Source: Lama glama | Lineage: Eukaryota | Reading direction: 5' to 3' | Length of the DNA stretch: 64,000 nt | NCBI GenBank assembly: GCA_028534125.1 | Contig: CM052817.1 | Location: 75,642,001-75,706,000 of the forward strand | Shown: piece after piece, positions 1 to 12,830 of the stretch | Layout: each line of letters starts with the position of its first letter | How positions within the stretch are numbered: the stretch's first letter is position 1 | Made by a program: the position numbers and the translations under genes | The notes under the pieces: generated by a model | Told to the model about the DNA's origin: nothing | The model's database searches: none | Seen by the model: the letters and a program-made list of their open reading frames with translations, nothing else

Positions 1-529
1 ATTGGCCTCCTTGATTTAGTGCTGATTTCTTTTAATATTTTGTAACTATTCCATCTGTATTTTAAACAATGTTTCTATCTCTCTCTTTTAAATTATGAGT
101 TTATTTCATTTATAGTATTGTGATTTTTATATACATAGACTCAATATTATACAGGTATTGTGTTTATCCAATTTTTTCCCGTTATTGCTATCTTTGAGAT
201 TGAATGAGAACTTACTTTTCGTAAGATTTGCTTTATTTTTATTTCCCTACCAGAAAGAATAAAAGTTATATAATTTCTCTTGAAATGTTTACCATTTATA
301 TTTAAGTTTACAAGATTTAAAACTTAATATTCTACTACATGCCTTCCTAGTACCTTAAAATATTTAAAATTCGATAACTCTTTCTTTTCTTATGTGCTGT
401 TAGTTCAGTAACTTAGTTCTCCCTTTGAACTCAACTCTTTACAAAATTAATATGGTAATCTTTCTTGGGATGAATTTGCTTGATTGAACATTTTTGGCTC
501 ACTCAATTTCATTTATTTCAGAACTTCTG

Positions 530-2260
530 TATTGCTTTAGTAAATATTGCCAAGTTTCCAAATAGATGTACTGATTTTATTTGAAGAGTATAAAAGTTTA
601 TGATTTTCTATATTCTTGCAAAACTTTGGTATATTCCATAATTTTCCATTCAGAATGCAATATAGTAAATATCCAGTAGCATCTTATTGTGAAATTAATT
701 TGAGTTATGCTTCAGATACTGAGTACCTTTTTGTGTTTTTTTCTTCCAGTTTTACTGAGATATAAGTGACAAACAGTACTATCTAAGTTTAAGTTGTATA
801 GCGTAGTGATTTGATGTACAAGTACTGTGAAATGATTACAATAACTTTAGTGAACATCCATCATCTCATATCAATTAAAAAAAAGAAAAAATACTTTCCT
901 TGTTATGAGAACTCTTAGGATTTACTTTCTTAACTTTATTATATAACATACAGCACTTATAATTATGTTAATTATGTTGTATGTTGTATCCCTTCGACTT
1001 ATTTATCTTATAACTGGAAGTTTGTACCTTTTGACCACATTTATCCCTTCTTCCATCCTCACCTCTGGTGACCACAGATCTTATCTTTTTCCATGAGTTT
1101 GTTCTTTCAGTTTTTTTTTTCTCAGTCTTATTCTGTGAGTCTGTATGTTTGACCTGCAACCCATGTTAGTTCCAAGTGCACGACATAGTGGTTTGATATT
1201 TCTATACATTCTAAAATGATCTCTGTGATAAGTCTAGTTTCCATCTGCCACCATACAAAAATATTACAATATTATTGACTATATTCCCCACACTGTACAT
1301 TTCATAGCCATGACTCATTTATTTTGTAACTGAAAGTTTTTACCTCTTATTTTTCCCTCACCTATTTCACACTTCCTCCTCATCCTCTTCCCTCTGGCAA
1401 ACACCTGTTTATTCTGTGTCTGTGACTTTGTTTCTGTTTAGTTATATTGCTCATTTGTTTTCTTTTTTCAATTTTATTACTTTAGTGAAATCAGTGGTAT
1501 TGGTATTTCTCTGTCTGACTTATTTCACTTAGCATAATACTCACTAGGTCTATCCATGTTGTCACAAATGGTAAGATTTCATTCTTTTCTTATGGCTGAG
1601 TAATATTCCAGTGTATGTATATACTACATCTCCTTTATCCACTGATATATCAATGGGCATTTGAATTGCTTCCATATGTTGTGTATTGTAAATAGTGAGG
1701 CAATGAAAATAGAAGTGCATGTGTCTTTTCAAATTAGTGTTTCTGTTTTCTTCAGATACCCAGGAATGGTATTCCTGGATCATATGATAGTTCTATTTTT
1801 AGTTTTTTTAGTTTTTTAATGAACTTCCGTACTGTTTTCCATAGTGTTGTACCAAATCACATTCCCACCAACAGTGCATAATGGTTCCCTTTTTTCCGCA
1901 AATTCACGAACACTTGGTATTTGTTGTCTTTTTCACAATAGCCATTCTGACAGGTTTGACGTGATATCTCAATATGATTTTGATTTGCATTTCCCTTTTC
2001 ATATTTTAATTGGCTATTTCGGTGGCATTTTTGTAGCATCCTTTCAAGTCTGTTGTCTATTTTTTATAATGTTGCCTGTCTTATTGTTCATTTGTACAAT
2101 GCATTCTCATTTTTTTTTGTCTAATGTCTTTTGTCAGATATATGTGTTGTGATTTTCTTCTTCCAACCTGTTGCCTTTCATTCTTTCAGTAATTTTTTCT
2201 TATAAACCAAAGTTCTTAAGTTTGTGATTGTCTAATTCAGCAGTTTTTTCTTTAGCGGGT
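530..2260 (-). mobile_element. Old, highly diverged L1 (L1ME-like) ORF2 3' region, split by a younger L1 insertion
   Basis: Degenerate antisense L1 ORF2 C-terminal sequence at ~530-737 resumes at ~2001-2260 (attggctatt...tcttttgtcagatatatgtgttgtg...aaagttcttaagtttg). Confidence 0.6.
738..2000 (-). mobile_element. 5'-truncated L1 (L1MA9-derived laurasiatherian type), 3'UTR plus ORF2 C-terminus
   Basis: T-rich tail at 738; 3'UTR ccagttttactgagatataa...gtgaacatccatcatctcata. Minus-strand ORFs 1562-1783 and 1857-2039 are frameshifted L1 ORF2 end. Paralogous to 45017-45620. Confidence 0.9.
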
Positions 2261-2261
2261 A

Positions 2262-2635
2262 TTAGGTTAAGCTCAGATTTTAGAAAATATTCCAAAAAGA
2301 TGACCCCAGTGCAGTTGAACCATTAAGGGACTGTTCCCAGCAGAAAACAGTGTAAGACTAGAGGAAACAAAACAAGGAATGTGAAGAAACAGAGCAAGGG
2401 TGTGATACATGATAGAGTTCTGTAATGGGTAGTTTCATTTGCATCCCATAGTGAATATATGCAATATAAGTTATAGCTCACAGTTGTCTAAAATGTAGGT
2501 ACATTGTGTATATTATAAAATAACTTTGATCTTGTCAATCATTTGTTAAAGGACATTAAGAAGGATTCTTAAAAGTGCTTCCAACTTTATGCAAGTCCTT
2601 GAACAAAAACAAATCATTAACTACTGCTCTTACAT
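2262..2635 (-). mobile_element. ERVL-class LTR (LTR16-like), 3' LTR of a decayed provirus
   Basis: tattaggttaagctcag...agagcaagggtgtgat...tagtttcatttgcatcccatag resembles an LTR16-family antisense consensus and the LTR piece at ~5040-5171. Confidence 0.55.
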
Positions 2636-5040
2636 CACTGCCGTCTCTACCAAGTAGATGTCCACTAACGTTTTCTGTATTCAGAGTACTTTTTCTTACT
2701 ACTGTCTTTAGATGTTGTCCCTTAATGGAGCTGTAGAATAGTAACAATCCAGTTTGGGCTTGTACTAACATACAACATTGACTTACTAGGAAAATAGCCA
2801 GACTTTTTTTCCTACTTTCTCAACTAGTTATGGAGACACTCCCATCAGTGCAAACTGAGGGTGAACATTAGCTGAAACAGTTGTAGGTGGTGTGGGATTT
2901 GGGTCATCTGAAGTCTCCCTGGAATTTTTAGGGCCAGTGAGATCTCAGATACACCACTATGATAGTAGCCAGCCCTATGATAACTCTGGTCACATTGTCA
3001 TTTGATGTGCAGTTCCCTATAGTAGACTGTATGATCCTCTTATAGTTAACTTTCTTGCTTCAGAATTTACTAGATCATATAGTTAAAGTGGCAGTGCCAC
3101 TCTAGCACAGTGTCTGCTACAGAACCCTTTCTTGGACAGATTTAAAAGAAGCACAACCTTCCACCAATAAATGAGGCAGAATATGGATTCCCATGTTATC
3201 ATATTCTTCCTAAAACGCCCAAAGTGTCCAAATAATATTAGGCACACTTTCTTAGTGTTAGAAAGTTAGTGTTTCAATGATTGTCCTTACCTTGGAGGAA
3301 ATAGACTACCATTCCCTAGACCACCAGATCAATACAAACTTTATCAATGTAACAGGATCCTGCATTTTTGTAGGGTTTATTTCTGTCGTCTGTATTGTGT
3401 CTTATGAAAAAAATGTTATATGAAATACATCTAAGCTCCTATTTTTAATTAACATAATGTCATCAATATAATGGTTTAATAGCACTCAACAAAATGCCTA
3501 GACAATTAAATTCTGTTCAGATTTTATTGTGACAGAAAGTGAGAGAGTTAACATAGCCATGCAGTACAGCCCCAAAAAAATTGTCAGTTCTAGGAGAATG
3601 CACACTGGTTTTGATTCTCCTTGGTGAGGGTACTGGGGAAAAAAGCTTCGAGATTAGCAGTATCACACCAATTACTTTACTAGAGTCTGTGTTGATTTGT
3701 TCTAGGAAGGCACCCACAACACAATTTTTTTTATGTACAATAACATGACGTGTCTGTATTTCAACATAGGTGCCTGTATTGTTAAATAAACGGAAGAATA
3801 AGAGAGACCATAATTTCTGCATCCTTTTAATCAGAAAATTACATTAATCTAATTTCTGTTACTCCTCCTAGGACACAGTATTTTTCTTGATTTCCTGTTT
3901 GTATGTGTTTGCTGTGGCTGCAAGTAGGCTGGTTCATTTTCTTCCTCTTTGCTTTTGCAACCATGACAGCTCTTAATCCATAAGATAAAGAGCCAGTGTA
4001 AGGTGTCGGTAGCTGCTAGGTATTTCAAATCCAGTGATGCCTTTAAGAAACAGAGATTTAATGTTGCATGTGTTTATGCCCCTATTTGATCCACTATAAG
4101 ATATCCAGGACCAGGATTCCATTTTTTAAATAATCTATGCCCCACTGTAACAGTGTCCACTGTTAGCTCAGACTCTAGATCTTAGAATTCCTATTGCACC
4201 AATGTGAAGTCTAAAAATTGTCCTTTGGAGAAGACCTAAAACAGTTGCTAAACTTGTCCTTGACATTGTAGACTTCTCCAGGGAAGATTTGACCTCTTCT
4301 TTAATTAGTGTGTTTTGTGTCTAGAACTGGCTATGATATGGAAAATGAATGAAAAATTTGACTTTTCTTTGGGGCAGCTGACATGACCCTTTTGCTTATC
4401 CTAACATGATTTTTTTTATTATGTAAAAATTAGTAGTCTTTTGAGCAGACCCACTATCTTACACCAAAAAGATATATCCACAACCCAAAACTCAGGGTCA
4501 TACTTTTTTCCTAATGGGGCTCTAACTTTAGTGTAGAATTTTTGCCAACATGTGAATTGTGATTTTAACCTTTCAGAAGTTCTTCTGTTTTTACAATCAA
4601 ATCCCAGAACTGGTCTTCACGCAGTCTGCCTTCTGGAAACAGAAAATGTAGGTCTTCTGATTATCACATTTAATTTGGATAATGGTTTAGTTGAACCTGT
4701 CATTTTCCTCAACACAACATTGTTCTTCCCACATCCACTCAATTCCACAGTTCCTATGATTAGCATGCTTCACATCCCTCAAATGCTAAGAGTGTAAATC
4801 AGTAACATTCCTGCTACTTACTTCACATCCCAATTAACCACACTTAAGGTCTTATCATTTGTAGTACAGTGTGTTGGAACTAACATCATTCTACTTACCC
4901 ATCAAAAAATGTGGTTCCTGTTGTCATCTGGATAACTACTGATCAAAATAGAGAATCTTAATGTTCACTTCCTTAACCATTTTCAGTGTTTTTACATCAG
5001 ATTCCCTCAAATGACTTCTTAAGGATGTGATATCACTGAA
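2636..5040 (-). pseudogene. Decayed ERVL (HERV16/HERVL-like) internal gag-pro-pol remnant
   Basis: Minus-strand translation gives HYIDDIML (3450-3473, YIDD at 3459-3470), EINPTKMQ (~3360-3383), LEQINT and HGYVNSLTFCHNKI (ORF 3517-3822; cf. ERVL RT QGYINSPALCHNLI) and protease-like SELT (~4161-4172). Many stops and frameshifts. Confidence 0.85.
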
Positions 5041-5171
5041 AAACAGTAATGGTGGTGGTAATAGGAGGAAAGCAAAATGAGGAAGTTGAACAATGGAATG
5101 ATCTCAGAGGATAGCTTCAGCCTGATCCTGTAGAGGAGTAGTGAAGTATGGCAAGTGGTGTATCTATGATA
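5040..5171 (-). mobile_element. ERVL-class LTR fragment (LTR16-like), 5' LTR remnant
   Basis: tagcttcagcctgatcctgtagaggag matches the same LTR segment as ~2428-2455. Confidence 0.5.
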
Positions 5172-5719
5172 TAGACATACAGAAGAGAAAGTAAGAACTA
5201 AGCCTACCTGAAACTTTGCCTGAGAAATCCTTTAAAATTTTAAATTAAGTATCATATAACAGTGAGTATCTTTGTCTTTAATAAATAGCCTATTAAAAAT
5301 GCAGCTTGTGTTTCCCAAGCATGAGCAATTTCCTTAAACCAAAGATAACCACTGACATCAGTATGTGTTTATAATTATCATTACAATTCATTACTTTATA
5401 TTTGTACAAGCTTTGCTTATATCACTAAGCAAACATATAATACAGCTTAACAACTGAGAAAACTGTATTTTGGTTGCCTCCTTCTGGAATCTGGCATACA
5501 AAGTATGTGTATTTCTGAACCAGGGGCTCTAAGGTATGTTTTAATAAAAAGAGGATGATAGATTATACTCTCTCTCCTAGGCCCTTCTAGTGAAGTAAGA
5601 AGCTTCAGGAATCAATCTGTTCATCAAAAATAAGTATTGAAATGGCATGATATATCAAATTAACTATTCAAGAACTCTAGAGTATAGTTGAATTTTGGTC
5701 TCCACGGAAGAGTTTGATG

Positions 5720-6898
5720 AGGAAAGAGGCTGGAATATTCCACTGAATTATGGTATTTCCCATTACAGCTACCATCACACACTCACTCTCCCAGCCCCAC
5801 ATAGGTAGCTGCGGAGATGCTGTTCCACATTTTGGTGTGGCCTGCTAGTGTTAAGCTGGAAAATAAGGCCTTTATATTCTGAATTATGTTTGTATATTTT
5901 GATCAACCTGGTGGTACACAGTCTGTTCATTGTTTCAACTCCGTCAGGCGTCAGTGACTTTCCTGAAAGGCATCTGTTAAAGTATTTAAAGAGAGAGGAT
6001 CACTTTTTTCTTTTTAACTTTTATTATCAATACCAGACATTTAAGGAATTGGTCAGGTCACTGGCTGACTGTGGAGATAATGGAACAGACTTCAGTGCTC
6101 ATACACAACAAGGAATATAGTTCTTGCAAAACTAGTTTGAAAACTCACTAAACAAATGGCTGACAAAGTGCTTCCACCAAGAATATCATCAATTCCTAGG
6201 GAAGGAGAATAATTTGAATTCCACACTTACCACACATAGCGCTCAAAATGTCCGATTCTCAACAACAAAAAAATTACGAATTGTACAAAGAAACAGAAGT
6301 ATAGCTCATTTACCAAAAAAAAAGTCAAAATTCAACAGAACAAAAATTTCCTGAGGATGTCCATACATTGGGCAGATAAGAAAAAGTCTTTAAATTAGCT
6401 GTCTTAAATATGTTCAAAGAGCTGAAGGAAAGCATGAACAAATAATGATAGGCAATCCAAACAATAATGCCTGAACAGGTAGAGAATGCCAAGAAAGAGT
6501 TCTAAAAAAGGAACTAAATAGAAATTCTGGAACTGAAAAGTACAATGTCTGGAATATAAAATTCATTAGTGAGATTGAACAGCAGATTTAAGCAAGCAAA
6601 AGAAAGAATGAATTTGGTGACAGAGCCATTGAAATGACCAATCTGAGATTCATAAAGAACAGAGAATGAAGAAAAAGACTAGAGCCTAAAAGACCTATTG
6701 ATACCATCAAAGAAGAAAAAAGAAAGAAAGAATACTTCTCAAATTGATGAAATATATGAATCTATATAGCCAAGAAGTTCAGTGAACTCCAAGCAGGATA
6801 AGCTCAAAGAGATCCCAGCCAAGACACATTATAATTAGACTGTTAAAAACCAAAACTAGGGAAAAATTCAAAAAAGCAGCAAGATAAAAGTAACATGC
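5720..6898 (+). mobile_element. Old L1 5'UTR plus ORF1 fragment (L1M type)
   Basis: A-rich ORF1 coiled-coil sequence (gaaattctggaactgaaaagtacaa; aacagcagatttaagcaagcaaaagaaagaat) and RHIIIRLLKTK...KAAR motif at ~6822-6884. Confidence 0.85.
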
Positions 6899-7009
6899 AA
6901 AATGCAACCAATATTTTTAATGTTTGGTTTGAATCTAGTGAAATTATTAAATTCACCTATTTGCTTCAATACCTTTCTTGTAGATTTTTTGTGTGTGTTC
7001 TGGTTAAAC

Positions 7010-7505
7010 AGTGTCAAAATTTGCTTGTATGTCTACAGTTTTTGCAGGGCATGGTAGGTTGTTGCTGTTCCTCTCAATATTATCTGGGGTGACTTAAATG
7101 CTAGTCACTAGAATCATCTTAAGTCTTGCTTGCACACGTCTAATTTTTGGTTGATCCATTTTGGCTGTTGAGATCTTAGCTGAAGACATTAGTGAGACAC
7201 ATAGTTGTTCTAAATGTGGCTGAACTCTCTCCCATGGTGGCTAGGTTCAAAGCACTAGCATAACAAGAGAGAGCAATGTGGAAGGCATGTTACTTTTAAA
7301 AGATTTAGCTTCAGAAAAATCAAAAGCATCACTTTGACTGCATTCTACTCATTTTATTGAATTACATTCATGGAAGCAGCAGTAAAAGCCCATCAGATTT
7401 CAATGGAAGGAGTGAAAAAGACTTTTCCTCTTGACTAAGAGTAGCAAGCATGGGAAAGCTCCTGTAGTTGAGGAAATCCTGTTGTCTCCATTGTTGAACA
7501 CTTAT
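7010..7505 (-). mobile_element. MaLR LTR (MLT1F/G/H-like)
   Basis: tagaatcatcttaagtcttgcttgcacacgtct, catggtggctaggttc, agcatcactttgactgcattcta, aaagcccatcagatttcaatggaaggag are typical antisense MLT1 blocks. Confidence 0.7.
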
Positions 7506-8009
7506 GGATTTCCACATGCATATTTATATTATCTGGGATCAAGAAGAGTGTTAATTTTTCCTTTCTAAATTATACATATTTTTAAGAAGCATTACTTGCC
7601 CCTTGTACTTGATACACCCTTAAGCACAAAACCTGTTTTTAGACATATGGAAAAAGAGTAGTACTGAAGGAAGACATTCCTTATAAGGAGGGTGTTGTTT
7701 AATATAGCAATCATGGATGCAAACGTATATTTACTGAATAGAACCCATGATATTTATAGAATGCCTCTTTTGAAGTTTATCAGAGTGTGTTTTAAATTAT
7801 CAGAAATGCAAAACAGAGAAAGAGATTTATTGAAGAGTTTAAAACTTAGTTTAGATATGTAAATATCTATGTGTCATCCAGAAAAAATTAGACAAAATAT
7901 TCTTTGGGCAATACACTATAAAGACTCTTCTTGTTTGAACTTTGGAAAGAGTTCAAATAATTGAGATATTGTAAGTTTGAGACCTTTTGTCTTTATGTCA
8001 TGTTATTGA

Positions 8010-9050
8010 GGTATTTGATTGAGGAACAAATTCAATCTTTTTAGGAGTACCTTTGGATGAGTTTTGACAAATACATGTATAATCCTTTAGTCAGATACCG
8101 ATCAATATATACAATGTTTCTATCACTGCAAACAGACCCTTCATGCACACTAGCTGTTATTCACCTCCCTCTCACCACCCAGCCCCTGAGACCACTAATT
8201 TTACTTCTATCCCTACAAGTATTATAATTCTAAAACGTCATAGAAATGGATTTGTATAGTATGTTATCATTTGTATCTGGCTTATTTTGCTTTGCCTAGT
8301 TCATTTTCCATTGTGAATCATGTTGATTTTATTCTTTGATGCCCTTCCTTCTTTCTTTGACTGTAACCTGTTATTAAATTACTGTTTTCTCCTGTGGCAA
8401 ATTAGATGATTGATTTGAATCATTTCTCTTCTTCTTATAGAACCACTTAATGCTATACATTTCCCTCTAAGTATCTCTTCAGTTGCATTGCATATCACAA
8501 AACTTACTATATTTAATTTTCATGCAATTCAAAATAATCTGTAATATTTCTTGTGACTTTCTTTGACTTTCTAATATACTCCAAGTATTTTTTTGAGTTG
8601 ATTTGTTTAATTATGAACTATTTGGGATTATTTCATATATCTTTCTCATATTGATTTCTAGCTAATTTCCATCATGTTCTGGAAACTTATTTTGCATGAT
8701 TCAATTTTTTAAATTTGTTAAGGCTTCTTTTGTGGCCCCAAATATGGTTTCTTAGTGAATGCTGTTGTTGATGTGTTTTATAACTGTTAATTAGGTCAAG
8801 TGTAATGATGTGTTTATTTCGTTTATATACTTGTTGATTTTTTGCCTACATGTTCCGTTAGTAAAAAGGTGTGTTAATTTCCAGCTATAATTATGGATTT
8901 GATTTTCTTTTCAATTTTAACAGTTTTTGTTTTTTGGACTTTGTAATTCTATGCTGTAGGTACATTCACATTTAGGAGTTAGGGTTTCTTGTTGAATTGA
9001 CTCCATAGTATTTATTTCTCCTCTTTATCCTTCATAATCTATATTTTTCT
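8010..9050 (-). mobile_element. Old L1 (L1MC/ME-like): 3'UTR piece joined to endonuclease-region piece
   Basis: gatgagttttgacaaatacatg...cccagcccctgagaccactaat...atagaaatgga (3'UTR), then gctatacatttccctctaagta...tgtggccccaaatatgg (ORF2 EN, antisense). Confidence 0.7.
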
Positions 9051-9904
9051 AAGTGAGTTTGAAGTTTAATCCCTGGATACATTACCAATATAGCAAATGT
9101 GTACAAAATAATCATTACATGGTTATCATTTTCTCAATAATGCTTTTGTTTTAACTTTTGACAGCTGACAATTTTAGTTGTTCAGTCACTAAGGACATAC
9201 TAATTGTGAATTTTTTTTCAAAATTCAATGTTAACAGTTTTTCTGAAATAGTTTTCTATACGTACATTATTCTTGGGTAATTGACCTCTTTATAAGCGTC
9301 AGTTGTCTTATATGATAACATGGTACATCTCTCCTTTCTCGCAAGTCTTTGTTTAAATATTTTATTCATTGTTTTACTCTCTTTATATAGCTGACACATC
9401 TTTTAAAAATTTGGTTGCTTTTACATCATCTAATGAAATTTTTGTCTTATTTTTAAATAAGATATTGCTTAAATGTTTACAATTTTTTAACTTTCATGTT
9501 ATAAACATTTATATTACTGATGTTTTTGTTGTATTTTTTTCCTGCGGTTATGATTCTCAGATGTTCTACAAAATTTCAAGTGTTGATATTTTCTTTTCCT
9601 TTTTTACTGACCAGATTTTTTTCCAGAAATTATTAAATGATTATAGTTGGGTAAGTAAGTTACTTTTTTAATTATTTTTACTGAAATTATATATTATAAA
9701 ATGAACAATGAGTTAGAGATATCCCTTAATGAAGCATTCTTAAATTCCTTATTTGAATCTCTCTATTCTTAACATTTATATATTATGTCCCATGATGTAG
9801 TTCAAAGAAGTGGATTTAAATTTTAACAAATACTTTTCCAGTTTTCTTACTTTAATTTTTTCATTGTTTCTCTACTACTAAATACTACTTTTGATCATGT
9901 ATGT

Positions 9905-10410
9905 CCATTATTATCTTCCCTCTATGCACACTTTATTGAGAGGTTTTTATCATGAACAGGGGTTGAATTTTGTTTAATGCATCTACTGAGATGATTATAT
10001 GCTTTTAATCCTTCATTTTGTTAATGTGGTGTGTCAGATTGATTGATTTTGCACATGTTGAACCATCTTTGCATCCCTGGAATAAATCCCACTTGATCAT
10101 GGTGTGTGATCCTCTTATTGTATTGTTAAATTTCATATGCAAATATTTTGATTGAGGAGTTTTGTACTTATATACCTCAATGATACTGGCCTATAATTTT
10201 CTTCTCTGTTTTTGTTCTTGTCCGGTTTCAGTATCAGGGTAAAGTTGGCATTGTAAAATAGGTTTGGAAGTGTTTCCTCCTCTTGTATTTTTTTGGAAGA
10301 GTTTGAGAAGGATTGGTATTCTTTGAGTGGTAAAATTTATCAGTCTGTCTAGTCCTGGACTTTTGTTTATTGTAAAGTTTTTGACATGTGACCAATCTCT
10401 TTACCAGTAA
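9905..10410 (-). mobile_element. L1 ORF2 reverse-transcriptase fragment
   Basis: Minus strand encodes [16 protein letters not shown] (~10058-10105), the canonical L1 RT motif. Confidence 0.9.
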
Positions 10411-12629
10411 TCTATTTTTCGTTCTTTGGATAACTTTTATTTTACTCTATAGTGAGTTAGCCATAACATGTAACATATTGATAAAATAGCTAGTATATTA
10501 ATTGTCAGTACTATATCTGCAGCCATTCACAAGTGGTTTACACACAAGATTTTTAATTTTTAAGTGAGTAATCAGGTTTGTACAATCAACATATTATAAT
10601 TTTATTCAATACATTATATTCTCTTTTGTTCTCTGGAATAATTTTCATAAGGAGGATATGTTAATATGTTTATGAATGTTGAAATCATTCATACTAAAAA
10701 TAATGAGTTAAAGAATTTTAATATAATTCTTTCATATCTTATTTTGTTCACAGTTATTAGGCTATTAAGTTATTTTTATTCATAAAATTTTAGATATATC
10801 TATTTTTCTCTAGAAACTTGTCCATTTATCAAGATTTTCAAATTTAAAGCGTAGTGTTACTTTCTTTTTAAATTTTCTCTATATATATCATACCTCGTGT
10901 TTATTTCTTATGTTCTCATACATATTTTTTTCTTAGACCTTAATATTTTTATAATTTAAAAAAATAGCAGTTTGTTTTTACATTCTCCTCTGCCTAAACA
11001 CCCACAATGTTCTAACAAAATATATCCACATTTGGTGTTTGGATAAGTTACTTTTGGATATAAGTCAAGTTAAAATTTTTATATTTTCTTCTTGTACTCT
11101 TTCTGGTTTAACCAATATAAATGAAGCATTGTTTTGTTCTGTTTTGTTTTTAACTGTTTCACTCACAGCATCTCATGTGATCATGTATAGAAAGACTTAA
11201 AGGTCCACATAAGTAACAATAGCGGTAAACTAAAATCAGAGTCCTGTGAGGCAAATACAATGCTGTTTTAGTAAATTATACCATACAATACAGAAAAAGA
11301 AATGTGATTAGTAATGGCTAATACACTTTAAAGTCTAAAACAGAACACATGTATCTTTTCTTTTAAAATGTGTAATTCCAAATTAAAATATTTAAGTCCA
11401 AATGAATATATTTGAATTCATAAATATGACAGTTTTACTTCTAAATGTCTAAAATTCAGCATTAGGATTATGCTGATGCCAATTTGTAAGTTATTCAGAC
11501 AGAAACTACTTTTGGCTTTTGTCTAAAATACCCAGATGCTACAAGAAAACCAAATCTTTGCCCTGGATTATCAAGGAACTTAGAGCTGTGTGTACTGGAC
11601 CATAAAATCAATTAACAGATGTTTTTCCTCAGCTCAATAGTTCATTCTTATTTGCATTCAAAGTATTACATATCCTGTTATACAGATGAGTCTTTTTCGA
11701 TTACAAGAGGGAATGTATTCATTCAAAAAAAAAAAGTACATCGGCTTTGAGCCTTTATTCCTTTTACTGTAAAAGCATTTCTTTTTCTATTAAAATAATG
11801 ACTTCTCATATCTCCTATGATTTTGACCATTCACATAAGAATATAAGTTGAATGTTGATATCTAAATATGTTTTATTTTAGAAATTCCAGTTATATTTTA
11901 GAAAATATATTACAGCTTTCAGAAAGTTTAAAAGCAAATATTTTTATTAATTTTTTTTTTACCTCTTTCTCCGGGAGTTTAACTTTTACATTTACCAGGA
12001 CTCATCAATTTTTAATGTTTTCTTTGTTTTATCATTTCTCACATTTTACCAGTTTCTCCATTTCTCTCTCTCCCTCTCTCCTTTCATTTCAGACTATGGA
12101 AAAAGAGGTGAAAAAAAATCACCATTTTTTTCCACAATCAATCTAAATTTACGGTTATTTTAATATATGCAGAATATAAGTTGAGTGTATACTATGAGCA
12201 GAATTGAATAAAAACTACTACAACATATATAAAATTAGAAAATGTCATAATAAAATACATAAGAAAGCAAATATATATGTAAGTATGGAATATTTGCAAA
12301 TAAAAAGTAAAATAATGATTTATCATATGTGATTGAAGGTTACTTATCAAATACAGATATCTATGAAGGCTTTTAATAAACATCATATCTATGTCCATTA
12401 TGTGACATTAAGTAATATTATTGAATGTCCAGTCATATTTGAGGTATTGTAAAAGAAATTTTAAAAGACTAAATATTTAAGGGTTCACACAAAGGCCTAC
12501 TTAAGTAGGGATATTATGATTTATTATTAAAACTACTTGTATAGTAATTGGAATATTGACCTGAATTTCCCTTAATTAACTTTAGAAATTTAAATATATT
12601 CAAGAGGGTTTATGATGCAAGGAGGATAA

Positions 12630-12830
12630 CCAATGTATAATGAAAAGCATGAACTTTTGTGGTGGGGCAACTTGCATTGAGCCCTATCTTCAAAAACATG
12701 AAGCCTTTATAACCTTAAGCAAGATAACATCTCTTAGCTTCAGTTTCCTCATCTAGTAGGATTTTAATAATATATGTAGATAGCTCTTGGCATTAAAAAT
12801 GTACAATATTTCTACAGTGTTTGGGACCTT
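12630..12830 (+). mobile_element. MIR SINE
   Basis: Core aaccttaagcaagataacatctcttagcttcagtttcctcatct. Confidence 0.65.

Noticed and set aside
738..1450. Internal duplication in the L1 3'UTR and its similarity to 45017-45620 as a local duplication
   Set aside because: Both copies share the structure and have their own tails, so it is a subfamily feature of independent insertions.
3517..3822. 101-aa ORF as a domesticated retroviral gene
   Set aside because: Only two short patches are in the RT frame, and the surrounding pol is full of stops and frameshifts.
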